From NCBI GenBank assembly GCA_041650475.1, contig JBAZLD010000004.1, positions 36,044 through 100,043 on the forward strand: a stretch of 64,000 nt of DNA, given 5' to 3'. The DNA comes from Candidatus Babeliales bacterium (lineage in GTDB: Bacteria > Babelota > Babeliae > Babelales > UASB340). Both the position numbers and the translations under genes were made by a program. Below the pieces are notes generated by a model. That model worked only from the letters and a program-made list of their open reading frames with translations. It made no database searches and was not told where the DNA came from. How positions within the stretch are numbered: the stretch's first letter is position 1; each line of letters opens with the position of its first letter. Shown here in pieces: positions 18,579-27,915 of this stretch.

Positions 18579-18616
18579 AAGGGGCCGCTTTACTAAAATT
18601 TGGCCCCTTTTATTTT
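18579..18616. terminator. Intrinsic terminator (strong T-run on + strand, weaker on - strand)
   Basis: aaggggcc-N15-ggcccctt followed by ttttatttttt. Lies immediately downstream of the LRR gene stop at 18617. Confidence 0.65.
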
Positions 18617-19873
18617 TTAATCACCACTTATAATTGTAAGGTTTGGAAGTTGTCTTTTTAAATTTTGTATTTCTCTGAGTATCTCTGAATATCTTATTGA
18701 ATCATTTTTTTGGAGTGGCAAATAAAGTTCAGTAAGTTTTTTAAGTTGAGCTAAATATCCTAACCCTAAATCGGTTATATAAGTACAAGAACTAAAATCT
18801 AGGTTTTTCAAATTTTTGCATTTTTCAGCCAAAATTTGAACAGAGCTATCTGAAAATTGAATTGATGGTCGACGGACTATAGACTGATTGATATAAGAAT
18901 GATATGGCTTTTGTTTATTTGTAAGCTGTTTTATACAAAGATTGGAAAGCTTTCTACAGTTATTTGCTATAGAGCGAATTATTTCATTATCCAGTTGGGA
19001 TGTGTCTATACATAAATCTTCCAATTTTTTGCATTTTGAAAAAAAATCACTGATGGCATCACTATTTAAGAGGTTACATCCATTAATATTAAGTTGCTTG
19101 AATTTTCTATTGAGTGTTTGCTGTGGTATGTTTAAAAGTGCTAATTCTAACATTGTAACAGGACAATTTTCTAAAACTAAGCGTTCTAAATTATTGCAAA
19201 ATGATAAAAGCCTACCTAAACCTTCTCCTGTAAATTCATTACAATTGGACAAATTTAAAGTTTTAATATTAGGAGCGATTTGACGTAGAGCGGTTAGACC
19301 TATATCGGTTATACTACAATGAGATAAATTTATTGTGTTTAAAGCTCGACAATCACTTGCAATCCATAGAATCCCATTATCTGTGATACTGTGACAATTA
19401 GAGATATTTATTTTTTGCAGGGCCTGACAAAATTGGCCAACGGCTCTAAGTCCTGTATCAGATATTTCTGTGCAACCAGAAATATCTATTTCTTCTAATA
19501 ATGGATGAGCATGTGCAATTGCTATCAAATCTCTATCTGTTAATAATTCTTTATATTGAGAAAGATTAATAACAGTTTTGCTTATGTTAGGATCTGTGAA
19601 TTCAGCAAAAATAGGTTTAACGCCATTTGATTGTGGTACGATAGCAGCAGAAGAGATTAATTCGGTGGGTTTTAATTCTTGCTCCTCTGTAGGGGTTGTA
19701 TTTTGTGGCAGGCTTATCTGTTGCGTATTGGGCAGTTTAATAGAAATTATAGCTTCTTCTTCATTTAATGTTGGTGGAGTTAGTGGAGTTAAAGGTTTTT
19801 TGGGGTATATATTAACGCAAGAAAACAAAAGTAATAAGCTTATAAAGCTTTTTAAGATAATATTTTTTTTCAT
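18617..19873 (-). CDS. Secreted leucine-rich-repeat protein, cysteine-containing (FBXL/RNI-like) LRR type
   Basis: Signal peptide, Pro-rich linker (KKPLTPLTPPT), then about 26-aa units such as LEEIDISGCTEISDTGLRAVGQFCQALQKINISNCHSITDNG. Confidence 0.8.
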   Translation of the reverse strand: MKKNIILKSFISLLLLFSCVNIYPKKPLTPLTPPTLNEEEAIISIKLPNTQQISLPQNTTPTEEQELKPTELISSAAIVPQSNGVKPIFAEFTDPNISKTVINLSQYKELLTDRDLIAIAHAHPLLEEIDISGCTEISDTGLRAVGQFCQALQKINISNCHSITDNGILWIASDCRALNTINLSHCSITDIGLTALRQIAPNIKTLNLSNCNEFTGEGLGRLLSFCNNLERLVLENCPVTMLELALLNIPQQTLNRKFKQLNINGCNLLNSDAISDFFSKCKKLEDLCIDTSQLDNEIIRSIANNCRKLSNLCIKQLTNKQKPYHSYINQSIVRRPSIQFSDSSVQILAEKCKNLKNLDFSSCTYITDLGLGYLAQLKKLTELYLPLQKNDSIRYSEILREIQNLKRQLPNLTIISGD

Positions 19874-19905
19874 CTTTTTCCTTTTTTTTTATTTAAAATA
19901 AAATA

Positions 19906-21279
19906 TTAAGTATCATTTCTTATTTCAAGATCTGGTAGCAAGCTCTTTAAGTATCGCATTAAAAAGTTTATACGATTAATAGAGGAGCCTGATATATTTA
20001 AATACCTGAGATTTCTGCAATAAATACCTATTGTGTTTATACCATCTTCTGTTATTTTAGGACAATTTGAGATATTTAAATGTTTTAAAGGATATCCTAT
20101 TAATCTTTGATTTCTTGCAAAATAAATTAAGCCCTCTGTAAAAATATAATTATCATCTTTATCTTCTTGTAAATTGCTTATTGCTGCACCGTCTCCATTA
20201 CTAATATTGATACAGTTTTGTAAGTTTAAAAATTCTAGCTTTTTAAGTTTAGCTAAGTATCTTAAGCTTAAATCTGTTATGTGTGTGCAAAAGCTGATAT
20301 CTAAATTTTTTAAGGATTTACATTTTTTTGATAAAACTTTTATACAGCTATTTAGTAGATTCCCACAACCTGAAAGATAAACTTTTTGTAATTTAGTGCA
20401 TTTATTAAACAAATAAGATAAGGCATTGTTTGAAATTTTACTATTGTTGTTAAGACTTATTTTTATTAAATTTGGACATTTATAAGCAATAGCTCGTATC
20501 GTATTATCTTGTAGATCGCATCCAGAGAAATTTAGCTCTTGTAATTCTCTAGAAGAAGGTCTAGATAAAAATGAAGATGTAATAGCATTATTAGAAATTT
20601 TAGAACATCCATCAATGCTAATTTTTATTAGCTGAGGACATTCTCTGAATATATGTCTGAATGTATCATCTAAAATATTATTACATCCAGAGAGCTTTAA
20701 ATTTTTTAATGCTCTACATTTATTGCCAATAAAAGTAAAACCTTTATCAGTTATTTTGTAACATCCAGAGAGATTTAGTTCTTCTAATAATGGGTTACAT
20801 TCTGTTATTGCTGATAAATCATCATCTGTTAATAGATCTTTATATTGAGAAAGATCTATAGATTTTGGGTTAGAATTTTTATCAAGATAAATATTAAATG
20901 GTGAGTCCGGTGATGGTGAAGATCTATAATATAAGATAGGTGATGGTGGAACAGGTTTTTTTTGTGGAGTTATTAATTCTGTAGAAACTAATCCTTCATC
21001 TATTGAGCGAGTGGGAGACGTATTGGATTTTTTATTGTGAATTGGGTTAGGTGAACTTGGATATAAATTAATTTGGATTGTACTTTCCTCTTCTTCTTTT
21101 AATTCAGGAACAGGAGCAATCCATTCCTTAGCCTTAGGTATCTGTCCTTCTGGTATCTGTATTTCTATGGGCTGTGGCGGTTGTGGGGTTGGTGACAAAC
21201 TTTTGCGTGGATTTGCCCCCAAAAATGAAACTAAAAATAAAAAGCCAATAATGTTTTTTATTATAATGTTTTTATTCAT
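19906..21279 (-). CDS. Secreted LRR protein, paralog of 18617..19873
   Basis: Signal peptide, Pro-rich linker (SLSPTPQPPQP), and the same CC-type LRR units. Shares DLSQYKDLLTDDDL and KNLDISFCTHITDLSLRYLAKLKKL with its neighbour. Confidence 0.8.
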   Translation of the reverse strand: MNKNIIIKNIIGFLFLVSFLGANPRKSLSPTPQPPQPIEIQIPEGQIPKAKEWIAPVPELKEEEESTIQINLYPSSPNPIHNKKSNTSPTRSIDEGLVSTELITPQKKPVPPSPILYYRSSPSPDSPFNIYLDKNSNPKSIDLSQYKDLLTDDDLSAITECNPLLEELNLSGCYKITDKGFTFIGNKCRALKNLKLSGCNNILDDTFRHIFRECPQLIKISIDGCSKISNNAITSSFLSRPSSRELQELNFSGCDLQDNTIRAIAYKCPNLIKISLNNNSKISNNALSYLFNKCTKLQKVYLSGCGNLLNSCIKVLSKKCKSLKNLDISFCTHITDLSLRYLAKLKKLEFLNLQNCINISNGDGAAISNLQEDKDDNYIFTEGLIYFARNQRLIGYPLKHLNISNCPKITEDGINTIGIYCRNLRYLNISGSSINRINFLMRYLKSLLPDLEIRNDT

Positions 21280-21339
21280 AATTTCCTTTCTTTTATTCTA
21301 GTTTTAGCTAATAGAAAGAAATAGCTAATTTTTATATTA

Positions 21340-21768
21340 TTAATAATTATCATCACTTTCTTCTACACGTTCTTCTGTTGTACTTTCGCCCATGTGTTCT
21401 CTTTGTTTTAATTCTTCTGGTGTTAGTTCTCTTACTTTACCTAGAATGTTTTGGGGTGGTATTATTTTATTCGATCCTGTTGAATCAGAAACTACCGGTC
21501 GTCCAAAAGTATCAAAATATAGAATTTTAACTTTTTCTATTTTATTTTTGCTTTGGCTATAATAGTAAATATAATCGTCAATTCGTATTGTTTTAAATTG
21601 CTCTATTGGTGTAAAAAATAAGTTTTCACTCTCTGCTTTTATTTTTGCATTTTCAATTTGTAATGCACGAAATTCTTCTGGTTTTAGCTGCATGCAAAAA
21701 ATATTATTTGCAAATAATAATAGAAATGAAAAAATTAATGTTTTGTTAAAAAAATTATAAAAATTCAT
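21340..21768 (-). CDS. Hypothetical secreted protein with acidic C-terminus
   Basis: Signal-like N-terminus (LIFSFLLLFANNIFC). No family recognised. Confidence 0.4.
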   Translation of the reverse strand: MNFYNFFNKTLIFSFLLLFANNIFCMQLKPEEFRALQIENAKIKAESENLFFTPIEQFKTIRIDDYIYYYSQSKNKIEKVKILYFDTFGRPVVSDSTGSNKIIPPQNILGKVRELTPEELKQREHMGESTTEERVEESDDNY

Positions 21769-21987
21769 ACAAAATACCCCTATATTTTAAAAATTATAAA
21801 TTAAATTTTCTTACGCTAAGACTTTATCTAATAATTATATTACATTAAATAATTACTATTAGTCAATATGTTAAATAACAATAATAATAAAGCTTTTGCT
21901 AGTTAAAGCTTTTGGGTTTATTATTTGTAAATAATAACAATCTGGAAAATGGCTTTTTTTTATAAAATTTTTAAAGATTGAATATTT

Positions 21988-23148
21988 ATGAATAAGTCCA
22001 AATCTTATTTATTTCAAAAAAAACTTTTTTTATTAATATTTTTTTCCAATCTAATTTTTATTTCTAATATTTTTTCGTATTTTGTGAGTTTGGATTTTTT
22101 GTTTAACCAATCCCAAGATAAAACTATTTTTTTATTTGGCGATTTCCATGATTTGGACATAAATGTGGAGCGGGAAAATACTAACTTAAATTTTTTAAAA
22201 GAACTTATCCACAAAAAAATAAGTCAAAATACCAATTATAACTTTTATATGTTATTTGAAGGGCCTTCTGAAATAAAATCAGATTTTTTTTCGGAATTAA
22301 CTGTGAATAATAATTCTAGACTTTTAAATAAAATACCAAATTTAATTGCCGAATTAAATAAGAATTCAGAATTAATTAAACTTGAAAATATAAACTTTCG
22401 TAAAATATCATTTTTAGCATATTCCTTATTTTTAGCTTATACTACTCCTCAAATTTACGCATATAATCCAGAATTTATAAGACATAATCATCAGGCTTAT
22501 AATTTGTGCGAGTTGAAATTTAAAGAGCTTTTTGATGAATTTAGAGAAAATTTTGGTATTATTCATGAAAAAATGAGCTTTTTAAATAACTCATATTTAG
22601 AAAATTTATTTACACAAATAAATAGTAACTTTCAAGATCTAATCAATTATTTAAATTCACAAAATATTATTGAACAAAACTTTTTACTAAAAATAGCTGT
22701 AAATATGTATTTAGATAATATTGAAAAATTTGTTACTGAAAATATTTGTGATCAAGATGTCTTATTAGAAGTACAAGAACAAATAAGATTGTTAAAAATA
22801 GATTTTAACGATTTTATTGCAAATTATTTATCTAAAAGCAGTGATTGGTCTAGTTTAAAAAATAGAATAGAAGCTTTATCAAATTGTTATTTTGGAGAAG
22901 TACAACGTTTGGCCGAGCGAAATAAGCAAGATTTTATAGATTTATTAGCTTCTTTTAACGAGAATAGAAATATTATAGAACGCAAAATAGCTGCATGCTT
23001 TAACCCTTTAATTGATTTGAATATTTTGCAGAATATTTTAAATGCAAAAAATAATAGCGAAATATTTGTTGTTGCTGGAGCTTCGCATACAAAAGCAGTA
23101 AAAGAATTTTTATTAAATTTATACCAATTCCGGGAAATAAAATTATAA
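21988..23148 (+). CDS. Hypothetical protein with ChaN/TraB/Tiki-like motif pair
   Basis: N-terminal TM/signal, FLFGDFHD near the N-terminus and VVAGASHT near the C-terminus. The family call is tentative. Confidence 0.4.
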   Translation: MNKSKSYLFQKKLFLLIFFSNLIFISNIFSYFVSLDFLFNQSQDKTIFLFGDFHDLDINVERENTNLNFLKELIHKKISQNTNYNFYMLFEGPSEIKSDFFSELTVNNNSRLLNKIPNLIAELNKNSELIKLENINFRKISFLAYSLFLAYTTPQIYAYNPEFIRHNHQAYNLCELKFKELFDEFRENFGIIHEKMSFLNNSYLENLFTQINSNFQDLINYLNSQNIIEQNFLLKIAVNMYLDNIEKFVTENICDQDVLLEVQEQIRLLKIDFNDFIANYLSKSSDWSSLKNRIEALSNCYFGEVQRLAERNKQDFIDLLASFNENRNIIERKIAACFNPLIDLNILQNILNAKNNSEIFVVAGASHTKAVKEFLLNLYQFREIKL

Positions 23149-23194
23149 AAGAGCTTAATTTTCTGAATAATTTATAGAATCTTTTTTTCAATTT

Positions 23195-23240
23195 AAGAAA
23201 GGCGCATTTTAATGCGCCTTTCTTAAATATTTTTTTAAAA
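23195..23240. terminator. Bidirectional intrinsic terminator
   Basis: aagaaaggcgca-ttttaa-tgcgcctttctt followed by a T-run. Sits between convergent genes. Confidence 0.8.
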
Positions 23241-23249
23241 AACTAAAAT

Positions 23250-23933
23250 TTATTTAATTTTAGTTTTTTTAGCAGATTTAGGTAAAACTCCTGCTTCAGG
23301 TAATTTTTTTTGTTTACGGATTTCTTGTTGCTCTTTCATCAATTTTGACATATCTTTTTGTAATTTATCTACTTTTTCATCAAGCTCTGTTGGTAATTTA
23401 GATTGTTTCTCTTGTAAATCTTTAATTTGTTTATCAAATTCTTTTGCATCCTCATTGTCTTTATATTTAATTTCCATATCTCTTGCTATTTTTTTATAGT
23501 TATCTTCTTTTTCTTTAATTTTATTCTTTATATCCTGAATCTTATCTTTGACCTTTTTTAATGCAGCTTTGTCTTCTTCTGTTTTTGCTGTTTCGCCAAT
23601 TTTTCTTTTTATTTTTGATTTTTCACTTTGTGCTATAACTAATTGTTTGTTTAACTCTCCTAAATCTTTATCTCTAGCAATTCTTTTTTCTTTAAGCTCA
23701 AATTCCATATATTCATTTAATGCTTTTGAAGCTTTCTTTTTTATTTCTTTTATTTGAACATTTATTTTACTTCTTTCTTGTTTGTACTCTTTTCTTGCTT
23801 TATAAATCTGCTCTCTTATGTCATTTATCTGCTTTGCATAATCAGGAACAAGTTTTTCTGAGTCTTTTGACTGCGCAAGAGATGGTGCTAAAAATAATAT
23901 TAAAAGTGATAGCGATAAATAGAATTTATTCAT
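23250..23933 (-). CDS. Secreted Lys/Glu-rich coiled-coil protein
   Basis: Signal peptide ending SLAQS, then highly charged heptad-like sequence. No family recognised. Confidence 0.45.
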   Translation of the reverse strand: MNKFYLSLSLLILFLAPSLAQSKDSEKLVPDYAKQINDIREQIYKARKEYKQERSKINVQIKEIKKKASKALNEYMEFELKEKRIARDKDLGELNKQLVIAQSEKSKIKRKIGETAKTEEDKAALKKVKDKIQDIKNKIKEKEDNYKKIARDMEIKYKDNEDAKEFDKQIKDLQEKQSKLPTELDEKVDKLQKDMSKLMKEQQEIRKQKKLPEAGVLPKSAKKTKIK

Positions 23934-24027
23934 AATTCATCCTTTCAATTATACAATTAATTACTACGCAACTTAAATAAAGTATAACTATAGCAAAAAT
24001 AAATTTGCAATAAGCAGGTATTTTATT

Positions 24028-25398
24028 TTAAAAAATTTGTTTAAAGCATGAATAAAATAATAAAGAAATTATTATAAATATAACTAAATATTTAGAATTT
24101 ATTTTAAAATTAGGCTTTATTTTCCATAAAATATAGGCATTTATAGATATTATTAAAAGACTCAATATTCTTACAATAAAAATTCCAATTAAAGTTGTTA
24201 CTGGTGAAGCAAAGTTTTTAGCTAAAATAAATATGTAAAACAATGCAAATTCAAAAATTTTGAGCAAGAATAAACGTGCAGTCTTTTCTTCCATAATGTA
24301 AAATTGCTCATAAATTATAAAAAAATATTCTAACAAGGCTATTATTGAAAATATTGAAGATTGCAAAATTGTGGTAGAAGTAAGAAAAAAAATATTTTTT
24401 AGACTTATTAAGTTTTTATAATTTATAAAAACAAAAATTATTATTGGATAAATAATTAAATTTAAATTTTTACTTAAAACATTAAAAGCTAGCCTTTTTA
24501 CCTGCATAGAAGAATTTTTTATTCTCGCAAATAATGCATTGCCAGAGAATATAAGCGTAACTTTTGTTATTGATTTTATTGATTCTGCTATATGATTAGC
24601 TAAATTAAAGAGCCCTGCTTTTTCTAGACCAAATCCTGATGCAAAAAATGGTGTTAAAAAATTGCCTGTAAAAAAATTTTTACTAACTTGAATTGAATAA
24701 TTAAAAAAACGTGTTTTTATAATTCTTTTAAGTAAATTAGCGGGATAATCAAGTTTTTTACTATTTAATTTTTTATAAAAATTAAAAATATAAAAACTAA
24801 AAATTGATACTCCCAAAAAAGTATCAATAAAATATGGTATAAAAATTAAATTTTGGCTCATTTGAAAATTAAAAAAAATATAACAAAGCCAAACAGTAGA
24901 AAAATAAAAAATTACTAAAATAGATTCTGTAATTACAATTTTTTTACTAAAAAAAAGTGTATGCAAAAAACGTCTGAAAAATATTCTTATCCCCTCAAAT
25001 GGAATAATCAAAAATATTAAAAATGTAATAGGATTGTTTTTTTCATATAAAAAACTTTTTGAATAAAAATAAGTAGCTATGGCGCTAGCAATTAGAAAAA
25101 TTAAAACCTGAGGTATTAAATAAAACAATATAAAAGTTTTTTTGAAATTTTCTTTACTTTTTATAAAAATACTTAAAAAAGGGGTTATACTATTGCTTAT
25201 ACCAAATTCTGCTAAATATACTGTTAGATAAATAATAGAAAATATACTACCCTGCAAGCCATATGCTGTCGGGAACATAATTTTTAATAAAAAAATTTGA
25301 TGTAATATTTTTAGACTTTCATAAAATCCACTCCCAAAAAGATTCCATCTAAAACTAGATTTAAAATTTATTTTTAAATTTTTTTTATATTGATACAT
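24028..25398 (-). CDS. Polytopic membrane protein, MOP-superfamily (Wzx/polysaccharide-type) flippase-like
   Basis: About 12 or more predicted hydrophobic helices. The N-terminal WNLFGSG...ILHQIFLLKIMFPTAYGL resembles oligosaccharide flippases. Confidence 0.45.
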   Translation of the reverse strand: MYQYKKNLKINFKSSFRWNLFGSGFYESLKILHQIFLLKIMFPTAYGLQGSIFSIIYLTVYLAEFGISNSITPFLSIFIKSKENFKKTFILFYLIPQVLIFLIASAIATYFYSKSFLYEKNNPITFLIFLIIPFEGIRIFFRRFLHTLFFSKKIVITESILVIFYFSTVWLCYIFFNFQMSQNLIFIPYFIDTFLGVSIFSFYIFNFYKKLNSKKLDYPANLLKRIIKTRFFNYSIQVSKNFFTGNFLTPFFASGFGLEKAGLFNLANHIAESIKSITKVTLIFSGNALFARIKNSSMQVKRLAFNVLSKNLNLIIYPIIIFVFINYKNLISLKNIFFLTSTTILQSSIFSIIALLEYFFIIYEQFYIMEEKTARLFLLKIFEFALFYIFILAKNFASPVTTLIGIFIVRILSLLIISINAYILWKIKPNFKINSKYLVIFIIISLLFYSCFKQIF

Positions 25399-25628
25399 AT
25401 TTATTTTTGTAATTATTTTTTCAAGATTTTTAAAAATATTTCACAGTGTCATAATATTGTTTGATGTAAAATCGTTGCTTAAAATTGATTTTAGTTTAAA
25501 TATTGTTTTTTGTGCTTCTGGCAGCTGTTTTTGGTGAATAAGATTTTTTTTTATTAAACTCTTTTATTTTGGTACTCATTTTTTGTATCATTAAATTATA
25601 AAAGGGGATTGTTGAGGGGGGAACAAAA

Positions 25629-25666
25629 TTAAAGACTCGTTAAAATTTGCGAGTCTTTAATTTTTT
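25629..25666. terminator. Intrinsic terminator downstream of 25669..26034 (-)
   Basis: ttaaagactcg-N10-cgagtctttaa with T-runs on both sides. Confidence 0.7.
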
Positions 25667-25668
25667 GT

Positions 25669-26034
25669 TTATACATTTAAAACTTGGTTTTTATATATAT
25701 TTATTGTGTCTTGTAAACCCAAAATGTCTGCTTTTACCAAACTCTCTACATTTTTTTGTTTAGCATCTTTTTTTATTTCTTCCAATTTATATACGATCTC
25801 TTGTAAGAGTTGATTATTACATTCTTTAATATTACTTAGAATAAATTTTAATAAATCTATTTCCGTATTTAATTTATCCAGGTTACTTAATATTATTTTA
25901 CTACTATTAGTATCAATTTTTTTTACTTGAGTTTCGTTTTGTTTGGCTAAAATTTTAAAAGTTAAAATTAAAGTTACTAATAAAAAAATTTTAAAAAACA
26001 CTTCTTTGATTGGAAAATCTTTTAAAAATATCAT
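25669..26034 (-). CDS. Hypothetical secreted/membrane-anchored coiled-coil protein
   Basis: Hydrophobic N-terminus. No family recognised. Confidence 0.4.
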   Translation of the reverse strand: MIFLKDFPIKEVFFKIFLLVTLILTFKILAKQNETQVKKIDTNSSKIILSNLDKLNTEIDLLKFILSNIKECNNQLLQEIVYKLEEIKKDAKQKNVESLVKADILGLQDTINIYKNQVLNV

Positions 26035-26267
26035 AGTACAACCTTTTTATTAATTATGTATATCAGTATCAAATTATATTTGGTTCAGCCGGAAAGTACA
26101 ATAATTGTTGAAAAAATATGAAAAAATTGAGTTATTAATCTCTAACTTGAGTAAAACTTAGTTTTTTTGTTAAAATAAAAACCTATGGGTTTCATTTTAA
26201 AATCTTAAGAATTTTAAAATGGGTTTGGAAAATAAAATTTAGGGTTTTTCGCTCTGAAGGTTTCAGG

Positions 26268-26846
26268 ATGGAGGTGATAAAAACACAAAGGGAATATTAT
26301 ATGTTCAAACTTGGTGACAAAATATTTTATCCTGGCCATGGAGTAGCATTAATAGAAGAAGCAACATTGAAAGCGGTGTCAAATGCTCAGATAACTTTTT
26401 TTAAGTTGAAATTTTTGTATAAAGATATGACCATTTGGGTTCCAGTTAGCAATGTACAAAATTTGGGGATAAGATTTCTTAGTAGCAAAGATGATATTAA
26501 TAATCATATAAAGGAGCTTTATAATTCAACCAATAAGATTTTGCGTTTTGTTGATTTTACACCGAGCGGTTGGAATAAGCGTCATAAAGAATATCAATTA
26601 AAAATACAAAAAGGTAAATTTACAGATCTTGTTTATATTTACAAAGATTTAATGCTTATAGCACAGCAAAAAGATCTGTCTTTTGGAGAAAAGGGTGTTT
26701 TACAAACAGTTGAAGAGCTTTTATATCAAGAAATTCAATCGGTTACAGGAAAAGAAAAAGATTTTATTTTAAGTGAGCTACATGCTCCATTTAAACAATT
26801 TTTTATTCAAGATGCCCCTATACAAAATGTAGGTATAATTTCGTGA
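26268..26846 (+). CDS. carD: CarD/CdnL-family RNA-polymerase-binding regulator
   Basis: FKLGDKIFYPGHGVALIEE (TRCF-RID-like N-terminal domain). The alternative ATG at 26301 is preceded by AAGGGA. Confidence 0.75.
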   Translation: MEVIKTQREYYMFKLGDKIFYPGHGVALIEEATLKAVSNAQITFFKLKFLYKDMTIWVPVSNVQNLGIRFLSSKDDINNHIKELYNSTNKILRFVDFTPSGWNKRHKEYQLKIQKGKFTDLVYIYKDLMLIAQQKDLSFGEKGVLQTVEELLYQEIQSVTGKEKDFILSELHAPFKQFFIQDAPIQNVGIIS

Positions 26847-27817
26847 TTGTTAAGGGCAAACCTTTTTTGTTAGTAATTACAGGTCCAACTGCTTGTGGTA
26901 AAACGGCTTTTTCAAATTTAATTACTAAAGAAATTTCTGCTCAGATAATAAATGCTGATGTAGGACAATTTTATACAAAATTATCTATTGGAACAGCAAA
27001 GCCAAATTTAGAAAAACAAGAAATTAAGCACCATTTATTTGATGTTCTTGATGAGCCTAAAGATTTAAGCGTTTTTGAATATAGCAAGATGGCTTTTCAA
27101 AAAATAAACGATATTTTTTCTCAAAATCAGATACCCATATTAGTTGGTGGATCTTTGTTTTATATAAAATCTTTATTTTTTATACCAAAAGAATTAGAAC
27201 AAAAAGATTTTTTTTATAAAATTAATTTACAAGAATATAAAACAGAAGATTTGTGGAACCTTCTTAATAAAATTGATCCGCAAAGAGCTCAAAAAATACA
27301 TAAAAATGATATTTATAGAATTAAAAGAGCTTTGGATATATGGCAAAAAACCGGTATAGCACCCTCACAACAAAAACCTGTATTTGATCTTAAATTTAAC
27401 ACAATCTTTGTTTTTATTGATTTAGATAAAAAAATATTAGATGAAAAAATTAATCACAGAACAATTCAGATGTTAAAAAAAGATGGTTGGATAGAAGAAG
27501 CTGAAAGCTTGATGAATACAGATTGGCAAGATTTTGTAATTAAAAAAAATTTAATAGGTTATAAAGAAATATTTGAATGGATAAAACAGGGGAAAAAAGA
27601 AAAAGAATTTGATAAACTAGTACAAACTATACAGTGCAAAACTCGTCAGTATGCTAAAAAACAAATAAAATTTTGGAAAAGTTTTAAAAAAGAGTTAGAG
27701 CAAAATAAAGAAAATACAGAATTTATATATTCTATTATCTCTGTTAATAATATAGAAAAAAGTGCTTATTTAATGGTAAAAGAAGCACTTCAACAATTTA
27801 TTGATATCTTAAAATAG
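26843..27817 (+). CDS. miaA: tRNA dimethylallyltransferase
   Basis: P-loop ITGPTACGKT, LVGGSLFYIKSL, DIYRIKRALDI. Has a 4-nt overlap with carD. Confidence 0.9.
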   Translation: MIVKGKPFLLVITGPTACGKTAFSNLITKEISAQIINADVGQFYTKLSIGTAKPNLEKQEIKHHLFDVLDEPKDLSVFEYSKMAFQKINDIFSQNQIPILVGGSLFYIKSLFFIPKELEQKDFFYKINLQEYKTEDLWNLLNKIDPQRAQKIHKNDIYRIKRALDIWQKTGIAPSQQKPVFDLKFNTIFVFIDLDKKILDEKINHRTIQMLKKDGWIEEAESLMNTDWQDFVIKKNLIGYKEIFEWIKQGKKEKEFDKLVQTIQCKTRQYAKKQIKFWKSFKKELEQNKENTEFIYSIISVNNIEKSAYLMVKEALQQFIDILK

Positions 27818-27915
27818 TATACAAATTTTAGTTGCAGATAATCTTTACGTTGGATACACTTGCTTATTAATAGTAAATATATTTTTTATTAATAATTAAA
27901 GAGAAAGGTATTTTG

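Noticed and set aside
22205-22213. Perfect DnaA box TTATCCACA.
   Set aside because: It is a single copy inside a CDS, with no cluster and no adjacent AT-rich unwinding element. It is not evidence for an origin.
25399-25628. Possible 27-aa basic ORF on the minus strand (MSTKIKEFNKKKSYSPKTAARSTKNNI) in the spacer upstream of the flippase-like gene.
   Set aside because: There is no Shine-Dalgarno and no recognisable family. It cannot be distinguished from chance.
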